Source: Octopus sinensis
Lineage: Eukaryota
Reading direction: 5' to 3'
NCBI RefSeq assembly: GCF_006345805.1
Contig: NC_043003.1
Span: 5,704,001-5,768,000, forward strand
Length of the DNA stretch: 64,000 nucleotides
The notes beneath the pieces are model-generated. The model made no database searches, was not told where the DNA came from, and saw only the letters and a program-made list of their open reading frames with translations. Shown here one piece after another: positions 52,594 to 64,000 of the stretch. How positions within the stretch are numbered: the stretch's first letter is position 1; each line of letters opens with the position of its first letter. A program made the position numbers and the translations under genes.

Positions 52594-53530
52594 CTATTTA
52601 TAAATGTTCTAAAATCTTTCACAGTCTTGGTTTTTTATCTCAATCTGAAAAAAATTTAAATGTATGTATATATGTATATATATATATATTTGTGTGTGTG
52701 TATATATATTTGTGTGTGTATATAGATACTTATATATATGCACATATATACGCACACACTCACCTATATACACACATGCATACACAAATATTGAGAAAAC
52801 TGAACTATTGAGAAATTTTTAGTTATTGTATCCAGATTACAAGTTCAGGTTTATCCTTGTAATTATTGGGGCCCTAGGATTGTAAGACACTGGCTATATA
52901 CAAATCTCGAGATATTTGGAATTCGCGAAACCAGAAAGGAGAAAGTTAATTCGAAGACTACAAATCAAATTCACAAGTGGAACATTAAAAATCTGTAAAA
53001 CTTTCCAGAATTTTATCATTTAAATATATATGAGCATGTCTAGCTATGCAAATCTATGCGTGAGAAAACATACAAAAAACAAAACATACGAATCTTCACG
53101 AATACATACATTCATACAAACAAAAATACCCTGTTGTTGATGTTGAAATTCCAGCGAAGGAGCCTTGGATCTAGGTTAGAAATCGGCTCTTTTTCTATTG
53201 GCAATAAATCTTGAATAATGACATACATACGCACGCTCACACATACACGTGTGTGTGTGTGTGTGTGTGTGTGTCTCTAAATGTATAATTACACACATAC
53301 AATATCCCTGAGTTTTCTGCTATTTTTCTTATGTCTAATACACTCTCTACAATTTTTCACACACAAACATATATAAACGAAGACTCGTTCAGAAAACTTT
53401 TCGTTCAAGGATTTTATGCTTTATATTTTAAGATATTTCCCCATATTTTTACTAAAATTCTTTCACAAGAACAGAAACACTCTCGCAGCCTGAATCTGTC
53501 TGTCTGTCAGTCTGTTTGTCTGTATCCCCC

Positions 53531-53561
<31 letters not shown>

Positions 53562-55699
53562 ACTTTATTTCAGTCATTCTTACTCTCAAACTATTTTTCC
53601 ATGTTCCTCTTCTATTTCCTGCTTCCACTTTGCCTTCCCGTCTGTCTCTCCCTCTCTCTCTCTCTACCTCCTCTCTCTCCTTCTCTCCCTCCCTCTCTCT
53701 CGACTAAAAATCGATACGCTGATCACTGAACATCTTCCTTTCCATATCCTCAAATATTTTCTCCAGAATATCATTTTCCAAAGATTTTATAATCCAAAAT
53801 TTTGTAAGAAAAACAAAGACAATAATAATAATAATAACAATAATAATAATAATAACAATAATAACAAATGCACACGCACAAATAGAAAATTAAACAGAAA
53901 AATGATTGCGTACACTGGTTAAGGACGCACATACGCACACACATAAACACACACACACACACACACACAGGCATACATTTACACGCACAAATACATACAT
54001 ATACACACACATTGAGAAGATATTTATGCTGATGTAATAGGCTGATTCTGGTTGCTCACTATAGAAACCTACAAGGATATATATATATATATGCATATAT
54101 ATATGTGTGTATATATACATACATATCTATATATATATATACATGTAGTCATATATGTGTGTGTGTATGAATATAAATAAATATACATGTACATATCTTC
54201 ATATATACGTGTGCGTGCATGAATATATATTATATGCATGCATGTGTATGTATATAAATAAATGTATGTATGTATGTAATATATTACTTGTACAGATATA
54301 CAAATACTACTGTTACAATGTAGTACTCAATACTTGAAGTAGAGCAATGTAATGAATAAAGTATGAACCTGAACAAACTTAGGCTAAAAAATTTTACTTC
54401 AGTTTCATCTCTGGATTCTTCAGATATTGAAATAAACAATTTGGTAGAATTGAAAATATGCAAACATGGAGGGTGGTCAGAAGGGGGTCAATCATCGTAG
54501 AAAGAGTACATAATAGGGAAGGGAGAGAGGGAGGTGAACGTATGGGGATTGTCAAGGGAGTGGCGAATGGGCTAATGAAATCATTAATGGTTTCGATAAT
54601 AAAAAGTTGATGAGGGACGTGACCTTGTTGAATAATTAGTGAAACAATTTGTTATGAAGCAACATCATTCCCACCTCTGTGTTTAGTTATGTGTTTTTAG
54701 TTTTAATTTCTATCGCGTTTACTTACAAATCTACGGCAGTTTCCAAATATTGCGTTTGATTTCTTACTTGACGCAACGTAGCACGGATGTTGCGTATGGA
54801 TGGAACCCCATGGATGCGACACAGGATGTAACTCGGGTATCAGTGGCGAGGCAAGGCTCGTGGGGTCCGAATTAAACCCGCCCCTACCAATCCATCCGTA
54901 ATGTCTTCCAGTCTGTCCTACCATTCGATTTTATTATATTTCCTTATTTTGTAAAAGTTTTAATGTCATCCTTTTTGTATAATCATTCGCTCATCTGACC
55001 CCAAAATCATATTGTATTGTCCCCTCTCTGTTGGCTCCTTGTGGGTAATAAAAAGAATCAACTTGACGTGGAAAATAAGCCCAATGATCATTTGCACGAA
55101 GACCATCAGAAACAAAGCGATGACCTAAACATTTATTCTTAGTAAGTTCTGGCAGATTCGAAAGTGAACCTGCTAATCACTGTTGGATTTCGCCATGGGA
55201 GAGCAACTTCTTTCAGAAAATGTGCGCTCAACTCGGTTCATTGAGGTGAGGGGACTTCAAAGCATAACGATGTTTCCACTTGATTGAGCGTCTCTGTAGC
55301 CAAAGCCACCTATAATGAATGAATCTAAGAGTTTTTGGTTCATGTTTATAGAACACAGCAAACAAATTATTTGCTGATGTTTGCCAACCGATGATAAAGT
55401 GTCACGTGTTGAGTAAAGAGTGACAATGAAAATGATGATATACATATTCATTAGAGGGAGTTATGATCACTCATTGTTTGACAGCAGTTGTTTGTCAACA
55501 ACGAAATGCAACAACGATTAGCGTATACACGTTCGGATCCGCAGGGACATATTAACAACGGATCAATATGCCATTGTAGCAATCGTAGAGAAAGATGTTT
55601 TAAAATTGGGGAAATATACAAAAACTGATTTTTATAAAAACAACTTCCGAGATGCAATATTTTCTATACTATTATTAATGTGACAATATATCATGGATT

Positions 55700-55880
55700 G
55701 AAGGCGGTGAGCTGTCGGAATCGTTAGCATGCTAGGGAAAATGCTTAGTGACATTTTGGCCGTCTTAAAGTTCTGAGTTCAAATTCCGCAGAGGTCGACT
55801 TTGCTTTTATTCTTTCAAGGTCGATAAAATATGTACCAATTTAGTGCTAGGGACGACTTACCTACGCCCCTGAAATTTTC
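55700..55880 (+). mobile_element. Diverged SINE family B-related copy
   Basis: aaggcggtgagctg..gaatcgttagca...gttctgagttcaaattccgcagaggtcgactttgc...ggtcgataaa. Confidence 0.75.
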
Positions 55881-56128
55881 CGGTTGGTTAGTGGACAGGT
55901 GGCCTACGAAGTATCAAAATTTTTTGGAAAAGTTTGTACCGAGAAGACGAGGATCGAACCCAGATTAGTTGGATCGGAGTAGACTTTCACAGAAGAACAC
56001 GACAAACGGTTGAAAGCTTATTCCCTTCAGAACCATGTGTTGCTTGAGAAGGACATCGTTGACAAAGGGACAATTCAAAACCCCTTCCATATTGGCTTCG
56101 GGGAAATTACATTAGGAGGATGAATTAC

Positions 56129-56160
<32 letters not shown>

Positions 56161-56167
56161 ATATATA

Positions 56168-56634
56168 TACAATCAAAATAAGCAACAAGGATATCCAGAA
56201 GTAATGCAGTACGATCATTTCATGCGACTCCATTTAATTGGATAATGCAAATATTACATCAGTTTTAAAATGTAGAGCAATCTTCAGCTACATAAAAATA
56301 TAGAATTTAGTTAAATTCAAAGGATTCATTTGTATAGATTATTCTATTAACCGAAATCACAATGAGGATAAATAGATAGACAAAGAACAAGTTTCATCAG
56401 CAATATCATAGTAGTTCCTTGTCTATCTACTTATCACCTTTGTGATTTTGGTTAATAGAATAATCTATACAAATGAATCCTTTGAATTTAACTAAATTCT
56501 ATATTTTCATGCAGCTGAAGATTGCTCTACATTTTAAAACTGATGTAATATTTGCATTGTTCAATTAAATGGAGTCGCATGAAACGATCGTACTGCATTA
56601 CCTTTGGATATCCTTGTTGCTCATTTTGATTGTA
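56168..56634. repeat. 467-bp foldback: two 221-bp inverted arms with a 25-nt loop
   Basis: Manual alignment of 56168-56388 to the reverse complement of 56414-56634 gives 14 mismatches and no indels. Confidence 0.95.
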
Positions 56635-56729
56635 ATCACCCAATTTTGAATTATATGGATAATACCATACCAAATTCTGGTGCCTTTAACTTAAGTACCA
56701 TATTCAACTGAATCTAAATTTTACTAAAC

Positions 56730-56760
<31 letters not shown>

Positions 56761-57719
56761 ATGCATTTATGTAACCTTATACACGCACACATATGTGTGT
56801 GCGTGTACGTATGAGTGTGTGTGAGTGTAGAGGTGTGCGCATGTATGTGAGTGTCTGTGTGATTCAAGGCACACAGAAACTACCAAATCTTTTATTCTAT
56901 AAAAATTGTTACATACGTCAAAAAAAAAAAAAAGGGAAATGAGATCAACCAGCAGAAAATAATTCCCAAATACCCCTAATATTCTCTAATCTCGTAAAAG
57001 TATGAAGAAACAAAAGTTCTTGGAGTTCTAGTTGTCAGTAATCCTTGAAAAGAGACACCCTTCTCTTCCGATACAGACTGTTATGAAGGAACCACAATGT
57101 CTATATTATGGTGAATGAGGATTTGAAATTCGAACCTACGATTACCAGACTGACAGCATTCCACTACAGTATCCAACAACGAAATATATTTCTAAACAAT
57201 TAACAACGACGCCATTCTTCATTTTTATATTCAACACTTTCAAACAACAACGGTGTGGAATTGTTGTTTAAAGCTAACCGACATCTTTTAACTATGCCAA
57301 TAAATCTGTCCGACAAATTAAGCACAAGAAACCAAAACTAATGCCAACATCGGCGTATAAGCTCAGAAGCATATATATATATATATATATATATGATGTA
57401 TATGTGTAGAATTTGTGTGCTCGTTGTTATTCCGTACACATATGAAAGGCAGAGAACATCACTCTGACTGATTGATATTTCCTGCAATATGTAGGAACAT
57501 ATTTGACTCCCATAATCTCGACTCCATGTATTCCATCACTGCTAATTAGTCTGCAGACATTATCAGCCTTACCAAAACAAAATATTGATTCCGGATTTAG
57601 CAATTCTCTCCGTAATTTACATCAGACTACTTTCTCAGTTCCAATTATGCCTGGTTGACAAATCTATACTCAGAACAACGGAGTCGATATACCACGTAGA
57701 CATACATACATTTATAAAA

Positions 57720-57812
<93 letters not shown>

Positions 57813-57984
57813 TACATATTGATTCGACTCCTTTGTTCTGTGTATATGTGTGTGCGCCGAGCACTTAAGACTTCAGTTTAATACAAACACACACTCACAC
57901 ACTTCCATAAACACGTATTGCCATTGCATATGTAGATGTAACCACACAGTCAAGACAAACGGAACACCACAGTCAGGACATATT

Positions 57985-58860
57985 TATGATGGTTTGAATT
58001 AAAGCGGTCTCGCCGTGTGTGCCTGAATGTGCGATGCGTTTTGCTTAGTCTGCAGATCACTTTAAAGCGAATTGTTGAGCTCTGGCTGTCCAGCTCTGTG
58101 AGTTTAATTCACACCTGATCTGTGGTTTCAGCGATATGTACAACATCTTTTGCGAATTGGTGTGTTAATAGTTCATTGTTGACTTTCACATCACTTCTAT
58201 CAATGTTTCTAACGATCATTTCTAGACACGCAGTGTACTTCGCTTCGTGTACTTCTCAGCTATGATCTTTTCGGTTTGAACGGCAGTTTTTTAAAATAAT
58301 TTCCACATAACTAAACACTTTTAAACTTCGTATACTAGTAGAATGTGTTTATAAAACATCTTTTTCTCTTGGCTTCATTGAGAAAATTCTATGGTTTGTA
58401 AGATATTTGTTGGGGTTTTTTTCTTCAATTTCTGCAATTGCAACCAATCAATGACGTCTATTGAGGTGAAAACATTCTGTGCCGTATGAATATGTCCCTT
58501 ATTTAAAAAAAAGATTGGGTTTATTTGCATTCTGAAGAAAAAAGATACCCTTCCCCCACCCCTAACACTAACACTAACCCTAAAACAGATTGAAATGCAA
58601 TAAATCGATACTAGGGTCATAATTATGGGTGATAACTTCATATGACAATGCTAGCAAAAACTGCCGTTCAAACCGAAAAGATCCCTCAGCTGGAACTCTT
58701 ATGGTGATAGCAAAGCTATATTTGTGGAACCTCCGCATTTCCGACCATTTTAGTGCATTACGCCTTGACTCATGGTATTTCCAGTGATTCCAGCGCATTC
58801 ACTTGATCTATAAGGCATGTTACACAGAATATGCGATCAACCATGCTGCAATTCTAATGG
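57985..58860 (-). mobile_element. Decayed RTE-clade RT fragment, interrupted by a MITE
   Basis: Minus strand: SMVDRIFCVT..LESLEIP (right of the MITE), then TACLEMIVRNID..VKVNNELLTHQFAKDVVHIAE...LTELDSQS (left of it), matching the RTE RT pattern STMDHIF / F.ACLE / LRFADDIVL. Confidence 0.6.
58263..58684. mobile_element. 422-bp MITE with perfect 28-bp TIRs and probable 8-bp TSD
   Basis: gatcttttcggtttgaacggcagttttt (58264-58291) and its exact reverse complement (58656-58683). Flanks ctcagcta (58255-58262) and ctcagctg (58685-58692). Confidence 0.85.
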
Positions 58861-59449
58861 AAATAAATAATACTGTTTTGAAAATTTGTGCCAGTTGGGG
58901 GTCGAGTTCCCCTATAATTTAAATCGTTTGTTGTAGAATATTTTGTAGAATATTTGGCATGTCTCTTTTATATCTCCTTTGCCTGTCGCCGTGAGTCCAT
59001 TCATGTTCTTAAGGGTGAAACGTGGAATGCGTCGAATTGGGACACTCAGTGAGTATGTACAGAGACAAGAACGCTGAATTTGCGCGGAGGATAAGAAAAG
59101 GTTGTTGAAAGTGAAGTTGTCACCATACCACCCATGCCCTTAAGTGTTGATTAGACGTGTGCAACTATAAAGAAAGGAGAAAGAACATATATTGGCTGCG
59201 GCCCCAAATGACCTTGCAAATATCTATGTTAAGAATATCATTGTAGAAAATTCTGAAATGAAGCGATTCGAGAATGGAGCGGAGTGAAAGACGTGGTCGC
59301 AGAAGACCGATACTAGAAGTTTCGCTGAGAAGGTTATTTAGCAAACAAGGAAAAGGGAAGAATTTGAAGTACATTATAAAAAAAGGTGCACAACAATAGC
59401 CGATTATATATATTTTATATATATTATATATATTTTCTCTCTCTGTGTA

Positions 59450-59488
59450 TCTTTCTGTTGAAGAGCGTAGGCTCGAAACGTTAAAGAC
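59450..59488 (+). ncRNA. Minimal hammerhead-like motif, second family
   Basis: UCUUU-CUGUUGA-A-GAGC-GUAG-GCUC-GAAAC-GUU-AAAGA: stem I 5 bp, stem II 4 bp, stem III only as an ACGU palindrome. Confidence 0.6.
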
Positions 59489-59584
59489 TTGTTTTATTTA
59501 TATTTCCTGAGCGCCATACTAATACAATTGTTCGTTTGTTTTCCACCTGCCTTCGTCTTTTGTTTATTTTCATAAAGCTTCCCG

Positions 59585-59616
<32 letters not shown>

Positions 59617-59831
59617 GGTAATAGTTTATTTTCAAACCCAAAAATGCGAACAGAACAGCAGAGATAGGATAAAATATTCATATAAAGCGGAAAAATTTGT
59701 CAGCAGCCAGTCATAAAACTCGAACTCACATCCCTTTGATTACCAGTCAGGTGTTTTATAAATTCAAAAATTGCAGATTAATTTGTGACTGTGCAGTTTA
59801 GCTAAATTGGTAATCAAAAGGATGTGAGATC

Positions 59832-60153
59832 GATTCTAATGGGGCTATTTATCAGCAGGGCAATACTCCTGTGTACAAAGCCAAAAATGTTATGGAATTT
59901 TTTGATCACCAAAATATTGACATAATCGAATGGCCTTCTTAGAGCCCGGACCAGAATCTCATCAAGAACTTGTGGAATTATGTTTCCAAAAAAGTCCATG
60001 CTAAAAAAAACATCTAATCTAAAACAATTATTCGATTATACCAATGAAATATGGCAAAACATTCCCATAGAATTTTGCAATCACTTAGCGAATTCAATGC
60101 CGAGGCGTTGTTCAGCCGTTATTAAGATTAAAGGCTACGGCTCAAAGTACTAA
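59832..60153 (+). pseudogene. Tc1-family transposase C-terminal fragment
   Basis: YQQGNTPVYKAK..EWPS*SPDQNLIKNLW...SMPRRCSAVIKIKGYGSKY* (Tc1 FQQDNAP.H / WPSQSPDLNPIENLW / SMPRR..AVI...G..TKY). Stop at 59940 and a frameshift in the A8 run at 60003-60010. Possible right end ...cagtg|TA at 60826. Confidence 0.9.
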
Positions 60154-60238
60154 TATGGATTTCGTTCTTGTTGTTCATTTTTGCTACAATTTTAAGCTTT
60201 AAATAAAATTTGCCGGTAAATTTGAAACATTTATATAT

Positions 60239-60643
60239 GCGCAGGAGTGGCTGTATGGTAAGTAGCTTGCTAACCAACCACATGGTTCCGGGTTCAGTCC
60301 CACTGCGTGGCATCTTGGGCAAGTGTCTTCTGCTATAGCCCCGGGCCGACCAATGCCTTGTGAGTGGATTTGGTAGACGGAAACAGAAAGAAGCCTGTCG
60401 TATATATGTATATGTGTATGTGTGTGTGTGTTTGTGTGTCTGTGTTTGTCCCCCTAGCATTGCTTGACAAGCGATGCTGGTGTGTTTATGTCCCCGTTAC
60501 TTAGAGGTTCGGCAAAAGAGACCGATAGAATAAGTACTGGGCTTACAAAAGAATAAGTCCCGGGGTCGAGTTGCTCGATTAAAGGCGGTGCTCCAGCATG
60601 GCCACAGTCAAATGACTGAAACAAGTAAAAGAGTAAAGAGAGT
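60239..60643 (+). mobile_element. Full-length SINE family A inserted downstream of the Tc1 ORF
   Basis: Complete head-to-tail copy; tata(t)a at both junctions. Confidence 0.9.
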
Positions 60644-61455
60644 ATATAAATTTAGCACTAGAATTCTTCAAGTTGTATAAAAATAGTTATTGTGTGCATC
60701 ATTTGAAAGAGAAATAAATTCTGCATAAAGTGTAAAGATAAAAATAATTCGTATGGTGTTAGTAACAAAATATTTTGAAAAGAAATAGAACTTTTATCAT
60801 GTGTCTTAAATTTATTTTCGTCAGTGTAGTATTTTACACAAAAATTATAATTTCCTAAATGGAAACCTACAAAAATACAGTTTCAAATTCCTCCCCCACC
60901 TCTTGAGGGCGTGGTAAAACAAAAGCATATGACGGTTTGAAAAAGTTTTAATTTTTTGTAAAAATAGATGCCTTACCTTCCCGATGGGGAAGCGCAACAC
61001 AGTTCAACACGTAAGTCCAACAGAAGACAAATGGTAATCCAACAAGAACGGCACAGTTAGGTAATCCAATATAAGACAAACGCAACACGAAGACAACACA
61101 CGTCGGACTAGTAGCATGTTAAACTCAGAATCACTGAAGCGGAAGTTGGTCGCTTAGGATATCAAGCTATTTCCGTAAGCAAGCTACTTTTAAATTGCCA
61201 TAAAGGCATAACATAGAGGGGTCACTACAAAACATGTGGGACATATAACAATTAAAAATAATAAAATATGATACTGTCAGTGACATGAAAATGAACATGA
61301 CAAAATAAATTAAGGTTATGATAACATGCATGAATATCTGAAAAGGATGGCACTTATGAATGATGAAGCCACCTTGAGCATAATCCTATGAACCCGGAAA
61401 AATTTAAAATAGAGGGTTACCTACTTGCAAAAAAATGTGGTAACATGTAACATTA

Positions 61456-61670
61456 TTGACCGAGGTCACGTGGTCTTTTCCGTAGGCTTTTCTTTCCACG
61501 GATAAACCTTATCTGCTTCCCCTTTGCACTTTACATCATTAAATTTCTATGATACACGATCCCTATTGATGGGAAACCTACACCACTTTTTTTCTTCTTT
61601 TCTCCCCAAAACGAAAAGCTCTATTTTGTAATATGTCCCGTCTGTGTGCAGCCCTGTGTGGCTAAAATAG
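61456..61670 (+). mobile_element. 3' UTR of the same LINE family as 15570-16208
   Basis: ttgaccgaggtcac...ggcttttctttccacggataaacc...tgatacacgatccc...tgtcccgtctgtgtgcagccctgtgtggc aligns with 15985-16200. Confidence 0.8.
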
Positions 61671-61676
61671 ATACAC

Positions 61677-61711
<35 letters not shown>

Positions 61712-61712
61712 G

Positions 61713-61754
<42 letters not shown>

Positions 61755-61768
61755 ATATATATATATAT

Positions 61769-61834
<66 letters not shown>
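61677..61834. repeat. Palindromic compound microsatellite (ATCT)n-(AT)n-(AGAT)16
   Basis: Directly visible; the arms are reverse complements. Confidence 0.95.
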
Positions 61835-63430
61835 GCATGATTTAAATCTAACCACAAGCTTCGCAATGGACGCCATGATAGAAACCACCTGATAAGAAAT
61901 TGGACTAACATTCACTTTCCTTGTTTTCTAATCTAATTAATTTAGCTATGAACTCTAATGTATTATATTACATTGTGATATGGACTTTTCCATAGATTGC
62001 CGTTCTGCCTCATACTTTCCAAGGATGTTATTGGAATATTTAAAATAATTCCATTCCAGTTTATCTTTGTTTCTTAAGAGACGTTTTCTAGTATGTCGTG
62101 TACCATCATATCTTTGGATGTAGAGAAAAACTGTGGTTTTGCGTTCCTCACCCATCCGAACTACATGACAAATTCACCTAAATTGTCACTGATTAAATAA
62201 CACTGTCTCAGATACTATATTTCTTAAAACAATCAATATTACATACTGGATTGCAGAGATATACATGTAGTGGTCACACAAGCAATGGTTGTGGAGTTTG
62301 TCTTAGCGTCCTATATGGGACCTAAGTATGGGAGCTAGGTTTACCCAACATTGGTACCTCATTTCATGAGACTGCATACGAAACGTTTCAATACTTGAGA
62401 TACCAGACCCCATCAGCATTCCATATGATGTGAACATGAATAAAATGGGACCCATAAGGGTTCCAGCTGTCAAACACCATGAATTAAAAAGAAAGAGTTT
62501 AGAGTTTGGTCCACATCAATTCCTGATTTAATACTAAAATGTCTTTCGTTGCAGCTGGAAGCAAGCGATCTCATAAAGAATTTAAACTGCAATAGAAACT
62601 TTCAAAGCGTTCCTTTCGTGAATCTGGAGGTGGACGTGGATGGATCGATGTATAGCACGGCATGGGACTGACTAAGGGCAAGAATCGATGGCTGAAGAAT
62701 CGGTTACATCTTTCTCACTAAAATATTTAACGTCGTACCTCTGCGAGAAATTTTGGTTAATTACATGGAAAAAAAGCAGTACTTTCGTTAAGTAATCGAT
62801 AAAAACAATTGAAGGCATCCCCAGTAAATCATACTGGTACTTAATGTATTGATTACCTCCAGGTGTGAAAAACAACAGCTTTAACTCCAACGGCTGTTGT
62901 ATTTGAACATAGATTTTTAAACAGACACGAGTCAACACTGCAAGATAACTTACCCCCAGCCTTTCTACCAACTTACCACTTTATTTTGATAACAATATAA
63001 TTAATTTATTAAACTTTGTCTGCTGAAATTCAAAGTCGATTCCTCTGGGGTGGGGGCTGGAACTGGAAGCATTTGTTGAGAGAAGTTTATTAGCAATAGC
63101 AAATGAAGCTTTTAATTATAAATATAACATTATATAGAGCAACGTTAGTTAGTTTCTGTAGAGAAATAGCTATGCTTCTGGCGAGACGTGACTAACATCT
63201 TGGGAAAAGCATGAATGTCGCATTTACCAAACTCTAAATTCTAGTGAGTTCGTGTTCAATGAAAATCACTCTAATATATTTAATATTGGCTAATGTCAGA
63301 ACACTTACAATTGATAACATCTACTTTAAGACTGGTTTCCTGTCGGTCGTAAAACGATTTTCATAAAATTAAATCTCAAGTTTTACTAAAGTTATTTCTA
63401 GTGGAAATGGATGTCACTACCTATTAAATG

Positions 63431-63468
<38 letters not shown>

Positions 63469-63604
63469 ATAGTAGTAGTAGTAGTAGCGTAACTTATGTT
63501 GTTTTTATTGTTGGTGTGTTGGCGTTGCTGATAATGGGCGCGTTTGCATTATTAGTCAATAACTGAAAACAGTGATAAAAGATATACATATAAAATATGT
63601 GTGT

Positions 63605-63619
63605 AACTGTACACATACA

Positions 63620-63694
<75 letters not shown>

Positions 63695-63743
63695 ATGTAT
63701 ATATGTATATATATATACATATATACATGTATATATATATACA

Positions 63744-63826
<83 letters not shown>

Positions 63827-63830
63827 GTGT
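63605..63830. repeat. (TA)n/(TATG)n tract
   Basis: Directly visible. Confidence 0.95.
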
Positions 63831-64000
63831 ATATAAAGTTAGCTAATCGGAAAGAACACATCTCCACATCTAAGAGCCAACCTCCTCGCGTTTCTTGTAG
63901 CAGCACCAATCATTATCAGGAATTACAGATTATTGTTTTCCTCTAATTTATGACGTGTCTAATGTCATCGCATCATTTTCACGAGATGTTGTTATAAATT

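Larger units (their letters stand above)
52087..52638. mobile_element. PLE-type terminal remnant with ~102-bp inverted repeats
   Basis: 52087-52189 is the near-perfect reverse complement of 52537-52638. Each arm contains a hammerhead-like motif. Confidence 0.8.

Noticed and set aside
53135-53200. Hammerhead-like topology (ccagcga...agccttggatctaggtt-agaaatcggctc)
   Set aside because: Too many core deviations to call from one copy. It may be a decayed PLE terminus; a family consensus is needed.
55950-55990. B-box-like GGTTCGATCC on the minus strand (similar motifs near 57130 and 28312)
   Set aside because: No matching A box or cloverleaf; at most eroded SINE heads.
58560-58583. Telomere or chromosome-fusion site
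   Set aside because: Only four degenerate units, located inside a MITE.

Overview
AT-rich, microsatellite-saturated animal genomic DNA, most likely intronic or intergenic sequence of a coleoid cephalopod (Octopus-like). The taxon is my inference from recognising the SINE/LINE families, not a search result. I can support no intact protein-coding gene, rRNA, true tRNA gene or CRISPR array, and almost all ORFs in the track are translations of (TA)n/(CA)n/(TG)n/(AAT)n/(TAGA)n repeats. The window is a graveyard of mobile elements: (i) R4/Dong-type non-LTR retrotransposon remnants (RT, CCHC finger, restriction-like endonuclease) from several subfamilies, stacked co-directionally in (AAT)n arrays with an uncharacterised non-coding passenger element; (ii) RTE, CR1/L2-group, L1/Tx1-like and Penelope-like (PLE) remnants; (iii) mariner and Tc1 transposase fragments and a TIR-bounded MITE; (iv) at least three SINE families, two of which share 3' tails with LINE remnants in the same window. 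The most striking structures are hammerhead-ribozyme-like motifs in PLE-type termini (including a divergent pair in a ~550-bp inverted-repeat unit), a 467-bp near-perfect foldback with strand-biased A/G differences, and the microsatellite-targeted retrotransposon stacks. All alignments and translations were done by eye, so element boundaries are approximate.
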